From NCBI GenBank assembly GCA_964587425.1, contig CAZPLB010000001.1, forward strand, positions 30,545 to 94,544: a stretch of DNA of 64,000 bases, given 5' to 3'. A model generated the notes under the pieces. The model was not told where the DNA came from and searched no databases. It saw only the letters and a list, made by a program, of their open reading frames with translations. This DNA is from an uncultured Gammaproteobacteria bacterium (GTDB lineage: Bacteria > Patescibacteriota > Microgenomatia > UBA8517). Below are positions 9,001 to 18,112 of this stretch, piece after piece. The translations under genes were made by a program, and so were the position numbers. Position 1 is the first letter of the stretch. The number at the start of each line of letters is the position of its first letter.

Positions 9001-9517
9001 TAACCTTTCTTACTCTTGCTCCTCTTGGACGAAGAGAACTTAGGTTGATTCCAACTCCACCAGCACGGGATTGGATTTCTACTGTCTTTGTTATATTGTC
9101 CATAATTCCTCCACGGCTGTCGCTTGGAGACGGGATAACATAGCAATTGTAGTAAGTTACTTCATATGGAGTTCCTGCTCCTGAAAGGATTCTCCCCGCT
9201 GGAACAAACTTAAAGCCTTGCATTGCTTTGTAGAATTTTTCTTCCCAGGGTTTTCTATCTTTTGGTTTTTCAACTTGAGAGATGCCCCAAGCAACACGTC
9301 TCCACATTTGTTCTGGATATTTCTCGAGTGCTCTTCCCTCCTCTTCATCTTTAAGAGAATATCGGTCGAGAAAAACTTCTTGTCTGAAGCCATCCAAGAC
9401 TGTTGGATTGGCAGGGGCATCAAAAACAAACTCCTTGTTTCTTTTTTTAGGAGTTACAATTTGTTTCTTTTTGTTTTTCTCTTTTTCAATAACTACTGTT
9501 GCTGGCATATATTTCAA
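6020..9517 (-). CDS. nrdJ: Ribonucleotide reductase, probably adenosylcobalamin-dependent class II (NrdJ), interrupted by an intein; C-terminal Cys-rich zinc-ribbon-like tail
   Basis: Active-site 'ATNPC|...|GEQ' split by intein; conserved blocks 'RAGGVGINLSSLRPRGA', 'CGEQ'; C-terminus 'CPSCGE...CAKCYSCGH'; adjacent PduO supports AdoCbl dependence. Confidence 0.8.
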   Translation of the reverse strand: MKYMPATVVIEKEKNKKKQIVTPKKRNKEFVFDAPANPTVLDGFRQEVFLDRYSLKDEEEGRALEKYPEQMWRRVAWGISQVEKPKDRKPWEEKFYKAMQGFKFVPAGRILSGAGTPYEVTYYNCYVIPSPSDSRGGIMDNITKTVEIQSRAGGVGINLSSLRPRGARVRKVNGLSSGPVNWASLYSTANHDVIQQGGSRRGALMLMLNDWHPDVEEFITVKQDLTKIPGANLSVCVSDDFMEAVKVDGDWKLEFPDTTHENYDEVWDGDLKGWKEKGYPVKLYKTVKAKDVWNSICEAAWRSAEPGAVFIDRYNKMSNTWYFEKIIATNPCITGDTLVSTEDGLLRASYLFDSKIEPNVLIDGRFNKGSWTKSSKTVKTGFKEVYKLTTREGYELKLTNDHQVMTDKGWKKAKDLKKGNKVLISNQKGGFGKVGSEELGQVLGWLVGDGTMKATEAVLSFFGQEKQQLAPKFASMVNHLVDGMQINQRDYKVGVGWIDERDEARVGSTRLWKLVSEYGITPGNKINVPEKIFTGSEDMQKGFLQALFTADGHVAGTADKGVSVRLTSVSYNMLQDVQRLLLNFGVASKIYCNRRDAGYRSMPDGKGGRKDYFCKEYHDLVISKDNLWKFAKEIGFLVDYKNAKLIDALKGYKDGTYKEKFQVTFEDLKFTGKEWVYDLTEPLTHSFIANGFVVHNCGEQGLGAWGVCNLGHLNLSAFVENGQMNYESLAEHTATATRFLDNVVDANYYFYEENKKAQMNIRRTGIGTLGLGDALIKMGLRYGSDESLVTIEKIYKTIRDTAYNTSSDLAKEKGVFGGFVKEKYLQGQFIKKLPVEIQEKIADQGIRNAVILTQAPTGTISLLAGVSSGIEPVYEFSYKRTDRTGVHIVNHPLYQEWMDRHQGETVPNYFVSASELTPEEHVRVQAKIQEYVDSSISKTVNAPNSHTVDDVKKLYTLAYELGCKGVTYFRDGSRMGVLSKVDEKKEEEKKPEVTIKERPVKVEGATYKIKTPMGNAFITVNQDEDGNPFEVFCAVGKAGSELAAMAEALGRLISTNLRFGNHLPAKERAREIMEQLQGIGGAGSVGFGVNKVRSLPDAVAKALGMHFGFIGYQDSEGNGHVVPKVTMQPSLLEKAHKDICPSCGEASLVLEEGCAKCYSCGHAEC
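7430..8524 (-). mobile_element. Intein (365 aa) with LAGLIDADG-type homing endonuclease, inserted in the RNR active-site NPC|GE motif
   Basis: Starts 'CITGDTLV', ends 'VVHN' followed by extein Cys; LAGLIDADG-like blocks 'LGWLVGDGT' and 'LQALFTADGHV'. Confidence 0.8.
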
Positions 9518-9595
9518 AAATAAAACTTTTCACAAATGAAAAGGATAAATCTATCTTAATTAATCCAAAAGTTTCGTCAACTAGAAATAAATAAC

Positions 9596-10216
9596 TCAAA
9601 AGCTGTCAAAAGGGTTTTGGGGAGAGATTCTGCCCATATCAACTAAATTGCTTTTGGTCTCGAGGAAAAGTTTCTTGGGGTAATCCTCTGCCTGAACTAT
9701 CATTGGCTTGGCATCTTCTGGGGCATAATTCATGATTTCATCCATGACTTGCCTGTGCTTGAGCGTTGCCAATGCAAACCTTGAAAGGAATTCTGATGTA
9801 TCTGCTCCACTTGTTCTTGCTTTCTGTTCAGCATATTTTGCTTCTTCTAAATATTTTTCTGCTTTCACTAGAACTGACGCCCCAAGATCTGAATTTCCAT
9901 CTTTAAAGAGAGTTGTAGATTGTGCGAGCCTTTTGTCTGCAATAGTAAGAAGAGTGTTGGCTTTTTTCAGGTTGTTGAATGCAAATACTACCCAGAGTCT
10001 GTCTCTTACAGCCTTAAATGGCCAAAAAGGACTGTCTGGAGCAATTGGACCTGGGTAAACTAATTCATATTTTATATCCATGTCTTTTGCTGCGACTGGA
10101 GTAGGGCTTGGGGTTTGACCAAAAGCATATTGTATTTGTGAAGATTCAAGAATTGAGAATGCAAGAATTAGACTTGCGAAAAGAAAAGTTGCCGAAATTC
10201 CCGCTAAACGCTTCAT
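9596..10216 (-). CDS. Secreted DUF5667-like protein (signal peptide)
   Basis: N-terminal signal peptide; family common in CPR genomes. Confidence 0.45.
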   Translation of the reverse strand: MKRLAGISATFLFASLILAFSILESSQIQYAFGQTPSPTPVAAKDMDIKYELVYPGPIAPDSPFWPFKAVRDRLWVVFAFNNLKKANTLLTIADKRLAQSTTLFKDGNSDLGASVLVKAEKYLEEAKYAEQKARTSGADTSEFLSRFALATLKHRQVMDEIMNYAPEDAKPMIVQAEDYPKKLFLETKSNLVDMGRISPQNPFDSF

Positions 10217-10281
10217 TATTAGGTAATTATTAGGTTAACACAGGTTGTCAACAACTTTCAATTGTCTTTAGACAAGTACTC

Positions 10282-10926
10282 CTATCTAAATAGCATTATT
10301 GGCCATTCCCAGAGGACATGAAGAAGGATTGAGGAAGAAATGTTTCTGGTTCTTGAATAGAGATATGTGGAGCCAAGACCGAATACAAATGTTAGAAAAA
10401 TGTAAACAATGGAAGTTGCAAAATTGTATTTCCAAACAAAGATCATTACTGGAACATGGATTACTGTCCAAAGAACGCTAGTTATTATGTTTGATGTGAA
10501 TTCATTTTTAAAAACAAGAGAGAGTCTTGTAAAAATGTAGCCTCTGAAGGTGATCTCTTCCGATATGGCTGTTGCAAAAGAAATTCCAAGCGAGCTAAAA
10601 ATTCCTAGTGTTCCCAGGTTTGCCTGAAAATTAAGGTGGCCATACTTTACAAAATTTGTGACAATGGCCTCAATTGCAAAAAGGGAACCAAGAGCTAGAG
10701 AGAGATATATTGCTGGAAAGAGATTTTTAGTGGTTATACCAAGGTTTTCAAGTTTGAGGTGTCCTCTTTTAAAGAAAAAGAAAGTGGCTCCAAGCCAAAT
10801 TGCCGGCTTTAATACTAACTCCTCTACTTCCTGTGGGAGCTGAAAAAATAATCTATAGAAACCCCATACAACAAAGAGGAAAACAAAAAGACTTATTGAA
10901 TCTTTGAGTGCCCTAACCTTCCCCAT
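10282..10926 (-). CDS. CPBP (CAAX protease/Abi) family intramembrane metalloprotease
   Basis: Multi-TM; signature 'ISEEITFRGYIF' (EExxxR) and downstream His motifs. Confidence 0.8.
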   Translation of the reverse strand: MGKVRALKDSISLFVFLFVVWGFYRLFFQLPQEVEELVLKPAIWLGATFFFFKRGHLKLENLGITTKNLFPAIYLSLALGSLFAIEAIVTNFVKYGHLNFQANLGTLGIFSSLGISFATAISEEITFRGYIFTRLSLVFKNEFTSNIITSVLWTVIHVPVMIFVWKYNFATSIVYIFLTFVFGLGSTYLYSRTRNISSSILLHVLWEWPIMLFR

Positions 10927-11411
10927 TATTTAATTCTACACTCTTTAAATGATGTATCAATGGCTGTCACCACCTGCCCTACTCTATCTCTGGCTCCATC
11001 ATAATTTACTACTCTTTTTTCTTCTGGAAACCAGTGGAAAACTAAATTTCTGCAGTTTTTCCATGTCTCCCAAAGCATATCTGGAACCTCCTTACTCCCT
11101 AAGAATTCAACTAACTTGTCATATACACCTTCTTTTCTAAGGAATGGCTCAAGCTGGGGGTTTAGAGCTTTACCAATCCTGAAGTGTTTTCCATAATAGT
11201 CCTCTTCTCTAATGAACTTTAGGTCAAGGAGTAATTTTTTTAAATATCCTTCGTAGGCCTTGGCTGCTGGGAATACTATGAAAGAATAATCGTGGAAACT
11301 TTGATTGTTGCCTTCAAACTTATCTATCAAAAGGAATGACTCTTCAAGGAGTTCACGAAGGTCTTCTTCTAAATAGTCATACCAAGGTTTGTCTTTGATA
11401 TTTGCTTCCAC
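10926..11411 (-). CDS. Hypothetical protein with HEPN-like Rx4H motif ('CRNLVFHWF'), translationally coupled to the CPBP protease
   Basis: 1-nt overlap with the downstream CPBP gene; motif match only. Confidence 0.35.
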   Translation of the reverse strand: MEANIKDKPWYDYLEEDLRELLEESFLLIDKFEGNNQSFHDYSFIVFPAAKAYEGYLKKLLLDLKFIREEDYYGKHFRIGKALNPQLEPFLRKEGVYDKLVEFLGSKEVPDMLWETWKNCRNLVFHWFPEEKRVVNYDGARDRVGQVVTAIDTSFKECRIK

Positions 11412-11469
11412 GTAAAGAGTATATCGCTCTTGGGATTAAAATAAAAGACAAGATTGGAGTATAATTTAG

Positions 11470-13734
11470 ATGCTCATGGAAAAGAAGGTTGAAGAGATCT
11501 CAGAAAAACGAAAAGAGATCTTGGAGAAAGTTACTAATCAAAAAAAATACGGTAATATCTTTAGTAGATTGAGGCACAATGTTCACCTACAGAAGAAAGT
11601 AATTTTCTTTGGAGTAGTTGGAACTGCTTTGATTTGGTTTTTTTCTGGAGTCCCTCTACCCACTACTCTTGGACAGCAAGTTGCAGTATCGAGCAAAATA
11701 ATGGACAGGAATGGGAAACTTATATATGAAGTTTTTTCTGAAAAGAAAAGAAGTCCTATAAAAATATCTGAACTTCCTGATTCTGTTAAAAATGCCACGG
11801 TTTCAATTGAGGATAAAGACTTTTACAAACATAGTGCATTTTCACCAACTGGAATTCTTCGCGCCATTTACAGCACTGTCTTCAAGAGAAAAGTCCAAGG
11901 AGGGTCTACTCTTACTCAACAACTGGTCAGAACTGCGTTTTTGACAACTGACAGAAGTTTAATTCGTAAGGCAAGAGAATTTTTCCTTGCAATGATAGTT
12001 GAAGCCATTTATACCAAAGATCAGATACTTGAAGCATATTTAAATCAAGTTCCATATGGGGGAAGCGCATATGGAATTGAGGCAGCCAGTGAACTTTACT
12101 TTGACAAACCAGCCAAAGATTTAACACTTCCTGAGGCATCGCTTTTGGCTGGGTTAACCCAGGCTCCAACACAATATTCTCCTTTTGGTGCACATCCAGA
12201 ACTGGCAAAACAGAGACAAGAGGTAGTCTTGCAGACAATGGTTGACAATAAATACATATCATTTGATGAGGCAACTGTTGCCAAAACTACTGAACTGAAG
12301 TTTGCAACGCCTCAAAACATTAATGCTCCACACTTTGCTCTTTGGATTAAGGATCAACTAGCTCGTAAGTATGGTGACTTGTTGGTTGAAGAAGGCGGAC
12401 TTCGAGTCACTACTACTCTTGACCTTGATTTACAAAATTTTGCACAAGATGCTGTCGCAACAGAAGTTGGTAAATTGAAAAAGCAAAATGTAGGAAATGG
12501 GGCATTGATTGCAACTCGCCCTGGAACAGGAGAAATCTTGGCAATGGTCGGGAGCAAAGACTATTTTGCAAAAGATGAAGATGGACAAGTAAATGTGATA
12601 CTTGCAAATCGACAGCCTGGATCATCAATTAAACCACTTAATTATGGGCTTGCAATCAAGGACAAAAAAATAACTCCTGCAACTATTATTGCTGATGTTC
12701 CAACATGCTTTGTTGTAGCTGGTCAGCCTTCATATTGTCCTACCAATTATGACCATAAATATCATGGCGGGGTTGCTGCCAGATTTGCGCTTGGAAATTC
12801 ATTTAATATTCCTGCTGTTCGAGTGTTGGATTTAAATGGAATAGATAACTTTATAAATTTTGCAACAAGCCTTGGAATTACAACATTTACCGATCCTTCA
12901 CAGTATGGACTTTCATTAACTCTTGGAGGAGGAGAAGTGAGGCCATACGATATGGCTGAAGCATATGGAGTGTTTGCAAATCAAGGAATCAAAGAGCCAC
13001 TAACTGCAATTTTGAAGGTTACGGATTGGAAAGGAAAAGTATATGAAGATGACACACCTAAAGAACTTGAGGGAGATAGGGTACTTGGAGAAGATGTTTC
13101 ATTTTTGGTTTCGCATATTTTACTAGACAATAATGCAAGAACTGAGGCCTTTGGACCAAGTTCATTTTTGAATGTCAAAGGACACCCTGAAGTATCTGTC
13201 AAAACTGGAACTACTAATGACAGAAGAGACAATTGGACAATTGGCTACACTGGACAAATAGTTGTTGTTACATGGGTTGGAAATAATGACAACTCACCAA
13301 TGAGCGGGGCTGTGTCTGGAGTTTCTGGGGCATCCCCCATTTGGAACAAAGTGATTAAGTTTGCTCTCGATAAATCTGAGAAGGGTGCATACAACTCAAA
13401 AGATGAGGGGCACGCTTGGCCAAAGCAACCATCAAACGTTGTTGGTGCAAATGTTTGTGCAACTACTGGGGCAAGGCCAACAAGTACCGACCCCAATGTT
13501 CCAAATTGCCCTGCAAGATTTGAATACTTCTTAGAGGGTACTGTTCCGGCTGCGGCTGATGAACTGAGACAAGATGTTGTTGTCTACAAAGATACACATA
13601 TGCTGGCTGGATCAAAAGCACTTCCAGAGCAAGTTCAAACAGAAAACCATCCAGTATTAATTGATCCATTGAAAACTTTGATGTGTCTTGACTGTCCTCT
13701 ACCAACAGAGCCGGTTATTATTAGATATCCATAA
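11470..13734 (+). CDS. Bifunctional penicillin-binding protein 1A (GT51 transglycosylase + transpeptidase)
   Basis: GT51 motifs 'EDKDFYKH', 'GGSTLTQQL'; transpeptidase 'SSIKP' (SxxK). Confidence 0.9.
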   Translation: MLMEKKVEEISEKRKEILEKVTNQKKYGNIFSRLRHNVHLQKKVIFFGVVGTALIWFFSGVPLPTTLGQQVAVSSKIMDRNGKLIYEVFSEKKRSPIKISELPDSVKNATVSIEDKDFYKHSAFSPTGILRAIYSTVFKRKVQGGSTLTQQLVRTAFLTTDRSLIRKAREFFLAMIVEAIYTKDQILEAYLNQVPYGGSAYGIEAASELYFDKPAKDLTLPEASLLAGLTQAPTQYSPFGAHPELAKQRQEVVLQTMVDNKYISFDEATVAKTTELKFATPQNINAPHFALWIKDQLARKYGDLLVEEGGLRVTTTLDLDLQNFAQDAVATEVGKLKKQNVGNGALIATRPGTGEILAMVGSKDYFAKDEDGQVNVILANRQPGSSIKPLNYGLAIKDKKITPATIIADVPTCFVVAGQPSYCPTNYDHKYHGGVAARFALGNSFNIPAVRVLDLNGIDNFINFATSLGITTFTDPSQYGLSLTLGGGEVRPYDMAEAYGVFANQGIKEPLTAILKVTDWKGKVYEDDTPKELEGDRVLGEDVSFLVSHILLDNNARTEAFGPSSFLNVKGHPEVSVKTGTTNDRRDNWTIGYTGQIVVVTWVGNNDNSPMSGAVSGVSGASPIWNKVIKFALDKSEKGAYNSKDEGHAWPKQPSNVVGANVCATTGARPTSTDPNVPNCPARFEYFLEGTVPAAADELRQDVVVYKDTHMLAGSKALPEQVQTENHPVLIDPLKTLMCLDCPLPTEPVIIRYP

Positions 13735-13793
13735 TTATTTTCTTGATCAAACTCCCCGTTTAATATTATGGGTTTGAATGATACAATCGGTGC

Positions 13794-16217
13794 GTGGTTA
13801 AGCTTCGAAAGAAAGTTTCAAATTTAAAAATTTTTGCCAGTATCTTAGTTTTTATTGGGAAACCTTTTTACATCATCTTTAGTTATGTTGTTATTGGAGT
13901 ATTAACTTTCTTCTACGTCATTGGAAATAGAAGTAGGATCTTGGTTGAAAAAACTTTTGCAGTAACTCAAAAATTAATTAAGAGAGCTAAGAAGAAAAAG
14001 GTTCGTTCAAAGAAAAAGGCAAAGAAGTTTAAATTTCCAAAACTGATTTTCCCAAGTATTTCTTTTACCCTCCCAAATTTCTCTTTCTCTCCAAAAGTTT
14101 TTTCCAAGAGATTTGTACACATAACGAAAACAAAGTCTTCAAAAAAGAAGTTACAAAAGAAAAATGTTCTTCTCGAAAAATTAAATATTTCGAAAGTATT
14201 ACTTTTTTCTAAATTAAGTGTTGGGAGAAAAGTAAAGATTGGTGGAATAATTTTTGTGTGTTTGGCTTCTATTGTTTTTTTCATATGGAATGGTGTTTTT
14301 CGCAGTCTCCCCTCTTCAAAAGAATTGATGAGCCGTAAGATTCAGGTTTCAACTAAGATACTAGACAGAAACGGACAACTCTTGTATGAAATTTACAAAG
14401 ATCAAAACAGAACTCCCGTTTCTCTTTCTCAAGTCCCAAATGAAGTAAAAGCAGCTACTCTTGCTTCTGAGGATGCTGATTTTTACAACCATCCAGGGTT
14501 TTCTGTAAAAGGAATTGTTAGGGCTTTATTTAATGATGTCACTCATGGACAACTGAGTGGAGGATCTACAATTACACAGCAGTTGGTTAAGAATGCATTA
14601 CTTACACCACAGAAAACTTTTACAAGAAAAATTAAAGAACTTGTTCTTTCTCTTGAAGTAGAGGCAAATTTCTCTAAAGATCAGATTCTTGAGATGTATC
14701 TCAATGAGGTTTCGTATGGAGGAAGTGCGTACGGAATACAGGAGGCTTCAAGGATTTATTTCGGAAAGGATGTGACTGAAATTGATTTGGCTGAAGCTGC
14801 ACTCTTGGCAGGTCTTCCTAAAAGTCCAACACAATACTCCCCGCATGGAGCTGACCCTGAACTTGCTATTGAACGACAGAGGGAGGTTTTGAAACTGATG
14901 TTTGATAATGGATTTATAACAAAGGAACAACAAGATGCCGCACTGAGTGAGAAACTCACTTTTTCAGCAAGCGATATCTCAATTAAAGCACCACATTTTG
15001 TAATGTATGTTAAACAGCAATTGGTTGATAAATTTGGAGAGGAAATGGTTGAATCTGGAGGACTAACTGTGACAACTACTCTTGACTACTCTATTCAAAA
15101 AATGGCTGAGGGGGTTGTTAAAAAACAAATTGGGCAATTGAAAAATTATCATGTCACGAATGGAGCGGCTATAGTTATGGATCCCAAAACTGGAGAAATA
15201 CTCGCCATGGTTGGATCTGAGGATTACTTCAACACAAAGAATGACGGTGAAGTGAACGTGACCACATCACTCCAGGAACCTGGGTCTTTTGTAAAGGTAA
15301 TTAATTATGCATATGCATTGGGGCATGGGTTTACTCCGGCTTCCATAATTTCTGATACTCCCACTAAGTTTATTGTTCCAGGGCAAGCGCCATATATTCC
15401 TGTTAATTATGATGGCAAGTTTGTTGGAAATGTCACACTTCGCTCCGCCTTAGCACAGTCTAGAAACATTCCAGCTGTTAAAGTTGAAGAGTCATATGGG
15501 GTTGATAAAATGGTTGCCTTGGGGCAGAAGATGGGAATTACTACATGGAAGGATCCCTCTTTATATGGACTATCTTTGACTCTTGGAGGAGGAAGCGCCA
15601 AGCTAATTGACTTGGCACGAGTTGGGTCAACAATTGCAAACTATGGAGCGAGGCCTCCCTTGCTTTCAGTCTTGAGGGTAACTGATTACCGCGGAAAAAG
15701 ATTAATTTACGGGTGCGATAGTGAAACTTGCACTGAAGAGCAAGTCATAACTCCTGGAGTAGCATTTTTATTAATTGATATATTAAAGGACAACAAGGCT
15801 CGTGCTCCTGAATTTGGATTCAGATCTCAACTTGTTGTTACTGGGCACCCTGAGATTGCTGTAAAAACTGGGACGAGCAATAGTTTTCGAGACAATTTGA
15901 CGATAGGGTTTAGCCAGAAATACTTAACTGCTGTATGGGTTGGAAACAATGACAATTCACCTATGAATAGAATTGCATCAGGGATTACAGGGGCAGCACC
16001 CATTTGGAATGAAATCATGAATAGACTAATGGCACAAGAGCCAAGCCTGGCTTGGGAGGCACCTGATGACGTACTTTCAATGCAGGTGTGCGGGTACAGT
16101 GAATGGTTTCTGAAGGAGGCGAAAGTAAAAGTTAATTGCGGTTTAAATAGCACTGCAAAAGCAAATAGTAATATAAAAAAGGAAGATATATTAGATGGAA
16201 TTAGTACTTCGCGTTAG
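13794..16217 (+). CDS. Second bifunctional PBP1A paralog (tandem), with lysine-rich N-terminal extension
   Basis: 'EDADFYNHPGF', 'GGSTITQQL', 'SFVK'; same domain order as upstream gene. Confidence 0.85.
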   Translation: MVKLRKKVSNLKIFASILVFIGKPFYIIFSYVVIGVLTFFYVIGNRSRILVEKTFAVTQKLIKRAKKKKVRSKKKAKKFKFPKLIFPSISFTLPNFSFSPKVFSKRFVHITKTKSSKKKLQKKNVLLEKLNISKVLLFSKLSVGRKVKIGGIIFVCLASIVFFIWNGVFRSLPSSKELMSRKIQVSTKILDRNGQLLYEIYKDQNRTPVSLSQVPNEVKAATLASEDADFYNHPGFSVKGIVRALFNDVTHGQLSGGSTITQQLVKNALLTPQKTFTRKIKELVLSLEVEANFSKDQILEMYLNEVSYGGSAYGIQEASRIYFGKDVTEIDLAEAALLAGLPKSPTQYSPHGADPELAIERQREVLKLMFDNGFITKEQQDAALSEKLTFSASDISIKAPHFVMYVKQQLVDKFGEEMVESGGLTVTTTLDYSIQKMAEGVVKKQIGQLKNYHVTNGAAIVMDPKTGEILAMVGSEDYFNTKNDGEVNVTTSLQEPGSFVKVINYAYALGHGFTPASIISDTPTKFIVPGQAPYIPVNYDGKFVGNVTLRSALAQSRNIPAVKVEESYGVDKMVALGQKMGITTWKDPSLYGLSLTLGGGSAKLIDLARVGSTIANYGARPPLLSVLRVTDYRGKRLIYGCDSETCTEEQVITPGVAFLLIDILKDNKARAPEFGFRSQLVVTGHPEIAVKTGTSNSFRDNLTIGFSQKYLTAVWVGNNDNSPMNRIASGITGAAPIWNEIMNRLMAQEPSLAWEAPDDVLSMQVCGYSEWFLKEAKVKVNCGLNSTAKANSNIKKEDILDGISTSR

Positions 16218-17074
16218 GAGTTTTTATTCCAACCCCAGATAACTCTTGAGAGGAAGACTATTAATATTATTGAAGGGATGAAGGCAGGGCCTGCAAACCC
16301 CATGAGGTTAAATATTAAAACCAAAATTACAGGAATTGTAATTGCGTGCATGCCCATTTGATATATTTTCCCAAATTCCAATTTTGATTTTAATAGTTTT
16401 GAGATTAACCAGACAATAATGGTTATGAAGAAAAGGTATATTAGTTTTCCCAAGAGCGCAAAACTGGCTGCTATAAATGGCCAAACTATAATGGAAAGTA
16501 AAATTAGAACGATAGCTAGAGTTGGAAGGAAATTAAGATATGGCAGGAGTTTGGCAACTATTGTATCGTAGCCATTTTTATCGATAACAAAATTAGTCTG
16601 TGTGTTGTCTTTATTGAGTTCGTTTAATGGATATACTCTGTAGGAAGACTCCTTGTCAAAGCTGACCACTGAATCTTTGGTTACAAGAATTACAGTTTTG
16701 TATTTTAATATATCTTCTGCTTTGGCTTTGGTATCGATAGTTATGAAATGTTTATCAACCATTTTTGGAAGATCTAAATAGTATGGTTCTTTGACATTTG
16801 TTGATATTAATCCATCTTGAACTTTAACCACCAATTCTTTGGGGTAGAAATTTTGCGCAGAAGTTTTAACTTCATTTACAAAATTTGGAATCTTGGGAAT
16901 TAGGCTGCCGATCTCAAGAGAGAACCTGATTCCAGAAAGAATAGAAACAAAAAGTAATAACAAGAATAGGTACTTAAGAGAGAAGGAGAATTTTGTCTTA
17001 ACTATTTCTTTGTAGTAACTAAAACTACCAATGCTTTTCTTGAAAACGTGCCAGAAGGTTTTTAGTTTTAACAT
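16214..17074 (-). CDS. Hypothetical polytopic membrane protein (DUF1189-like)
   Basis: Multiple TM helices; weak family resemblance. Confidence 0.35.
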   Translation of the reverse strand: MLKLKTFWHVFKKSIGSFSYYKEIVKTKFSFSLKYLFLLLLFVSILSGIRFSLEIGSLIPKIPNFVNEVKTSAQNFYPKELVVKVQDGLISTNVKEPYYLDLPKMVDKHFITIDTKAKAEDILKYKTVILVTKDSVVSFDKESSYRVYPLNELNKDNTQTNFVIDKNGYDTIVAKLLPYLNFLPTLAIVLILLSIIVWPFIAASFALLGKLIYLFFITIIVWLISKLLKSKLEFGKIYQMGMHAITIPVILVLIFNLMGFAGPAFIPSIILIVFLSRVIWGWNKNS

Positions 17075-17078
17075 GCTT

Positions 17079-18068
17079 TTAATTCTCTACTTCAAAATTA
17101 TATATCAATTTTGAAATTTGTGGAATAGCAACTTTCGCCTCTTCAATATCTGCTTCTTCGGTCATTATAACCAAGATGAAAGGATTCTTGGCAAAAACTA
17201 TTCCCCCATCATTTAAAACTCCAGTTGTTGTTGCATATTTATGGGCAACCCGAACATCTGGAATTCCTTCGGGGATTAATAACTCAAAACTCGTGTTTGT
17301 AAGGAGATCTAGTATTTCTTCTTTTGAAGAGTCACTAACAAGGTTGCCCACCATCATGTTTTTGTATAAATTACCTATGTCATGGGGAGTTGTCGCACTG
17401 TCATCAATTGAAGTATTTTCCATTTGGGCATCAACTATTGCCTTTTTTATTGATGCATAACCAACAATATTTGAAAGCTGTACAAAGGCTCCGTTGTCTG
17501 AATTTTTAGCAAGGCGGTAGAGGGCGTCTGATACTGCGTCTTTATCCACTTTTCCTGATTCTATTCCACGGTAGACTGCAATCATTAAAGGTAATTTAAA
17601 GAGTGATGCCCCTTCAGTAGGTTTATCTTCATTAATGCCATATGATAATTTTTCTCCACCAAGTTCTTCTACCCATATATCATAGTTTCCAGTTAGATCT
17701 GCAGTAAGAGTGTTAATGGAACTAATTAGAGCCTGCCTGTCTTTGATTGGTTTTTTGTAAACATGAAATTTTTCTCCATCGTCTTTTGTTATCACTACAG
17801 TTTCAGTTAGTGTTGGGAGGGCAAATTTTGGGAAATTGAATGAGGTATTTGTCCTTTTGGAGGATAGAGCGAGGCCCACTGGGGTTGCGATTGTGAGGGC
17901 AAGTACTGCAACAACAATAATTCTTTCTCTTTTTGTCCAAATCTTTATTGGTTCTTTTCTTCTTCTTCTGTTTCTTGAAGTCAGGTCTTTTATTTTAGTT
18001 TTAGGTATTTTCTGTTCTACATCTTCAACTTCATCAACTTCTACTTTTTTGCGGCGAAATGAGAGCAT
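17079..18068 (-). CDS. Membrane-anchored serine hydrolase, class A beta-lactamase / DD-peptidase-like
   Basis: 'SLFK' (SxxK), 'SDN' and KTG-like 'HKYATTTG' motifs in order; TM anchor. Confidence 0.55.
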   Translation of the reverse strand: MLSFRRKKVEVDEVEDVEQKIPKTKIKDLTSRNRRRRKEPIKIWTKRERIIVVAVLALTIATPVGLALSSKRTNTSFNFPKFALPTLTETVVITKDDGEKFHVYKKPIKDRQALISSINTLTADLTGNYDIWVEELGGEKLSYGINEDKPTEGASLFKLPLMIAVYRGIESGKVDKDAVSDALYRLAKNSDNGAFVQLSNIVGYASIKKAIVDAQMENTSIDDSATTPHDIGNLYKNMMVGNLVSDSSKEEILDLLTNTSFELLIPEGIPDVRVAHKYATTTGVLNDGGIVFAKNPFILVIMTEEADIEEAKVAIPQISKLIYNFEVEN

Positions 18069-18112
18069 AATTGTATTTTACTATAAAGTGATACCGGAAG
18101 CTCAATGGTTAA

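Noticed and set aside
9518-9595. Possible cobalamin riboswitch or NrdR box upstream of nrdJ
   Set aside because: The intergenic region is only 78 nt and AT-rich, with no B12-box or NrdR-box palindrome recognisable by eye.
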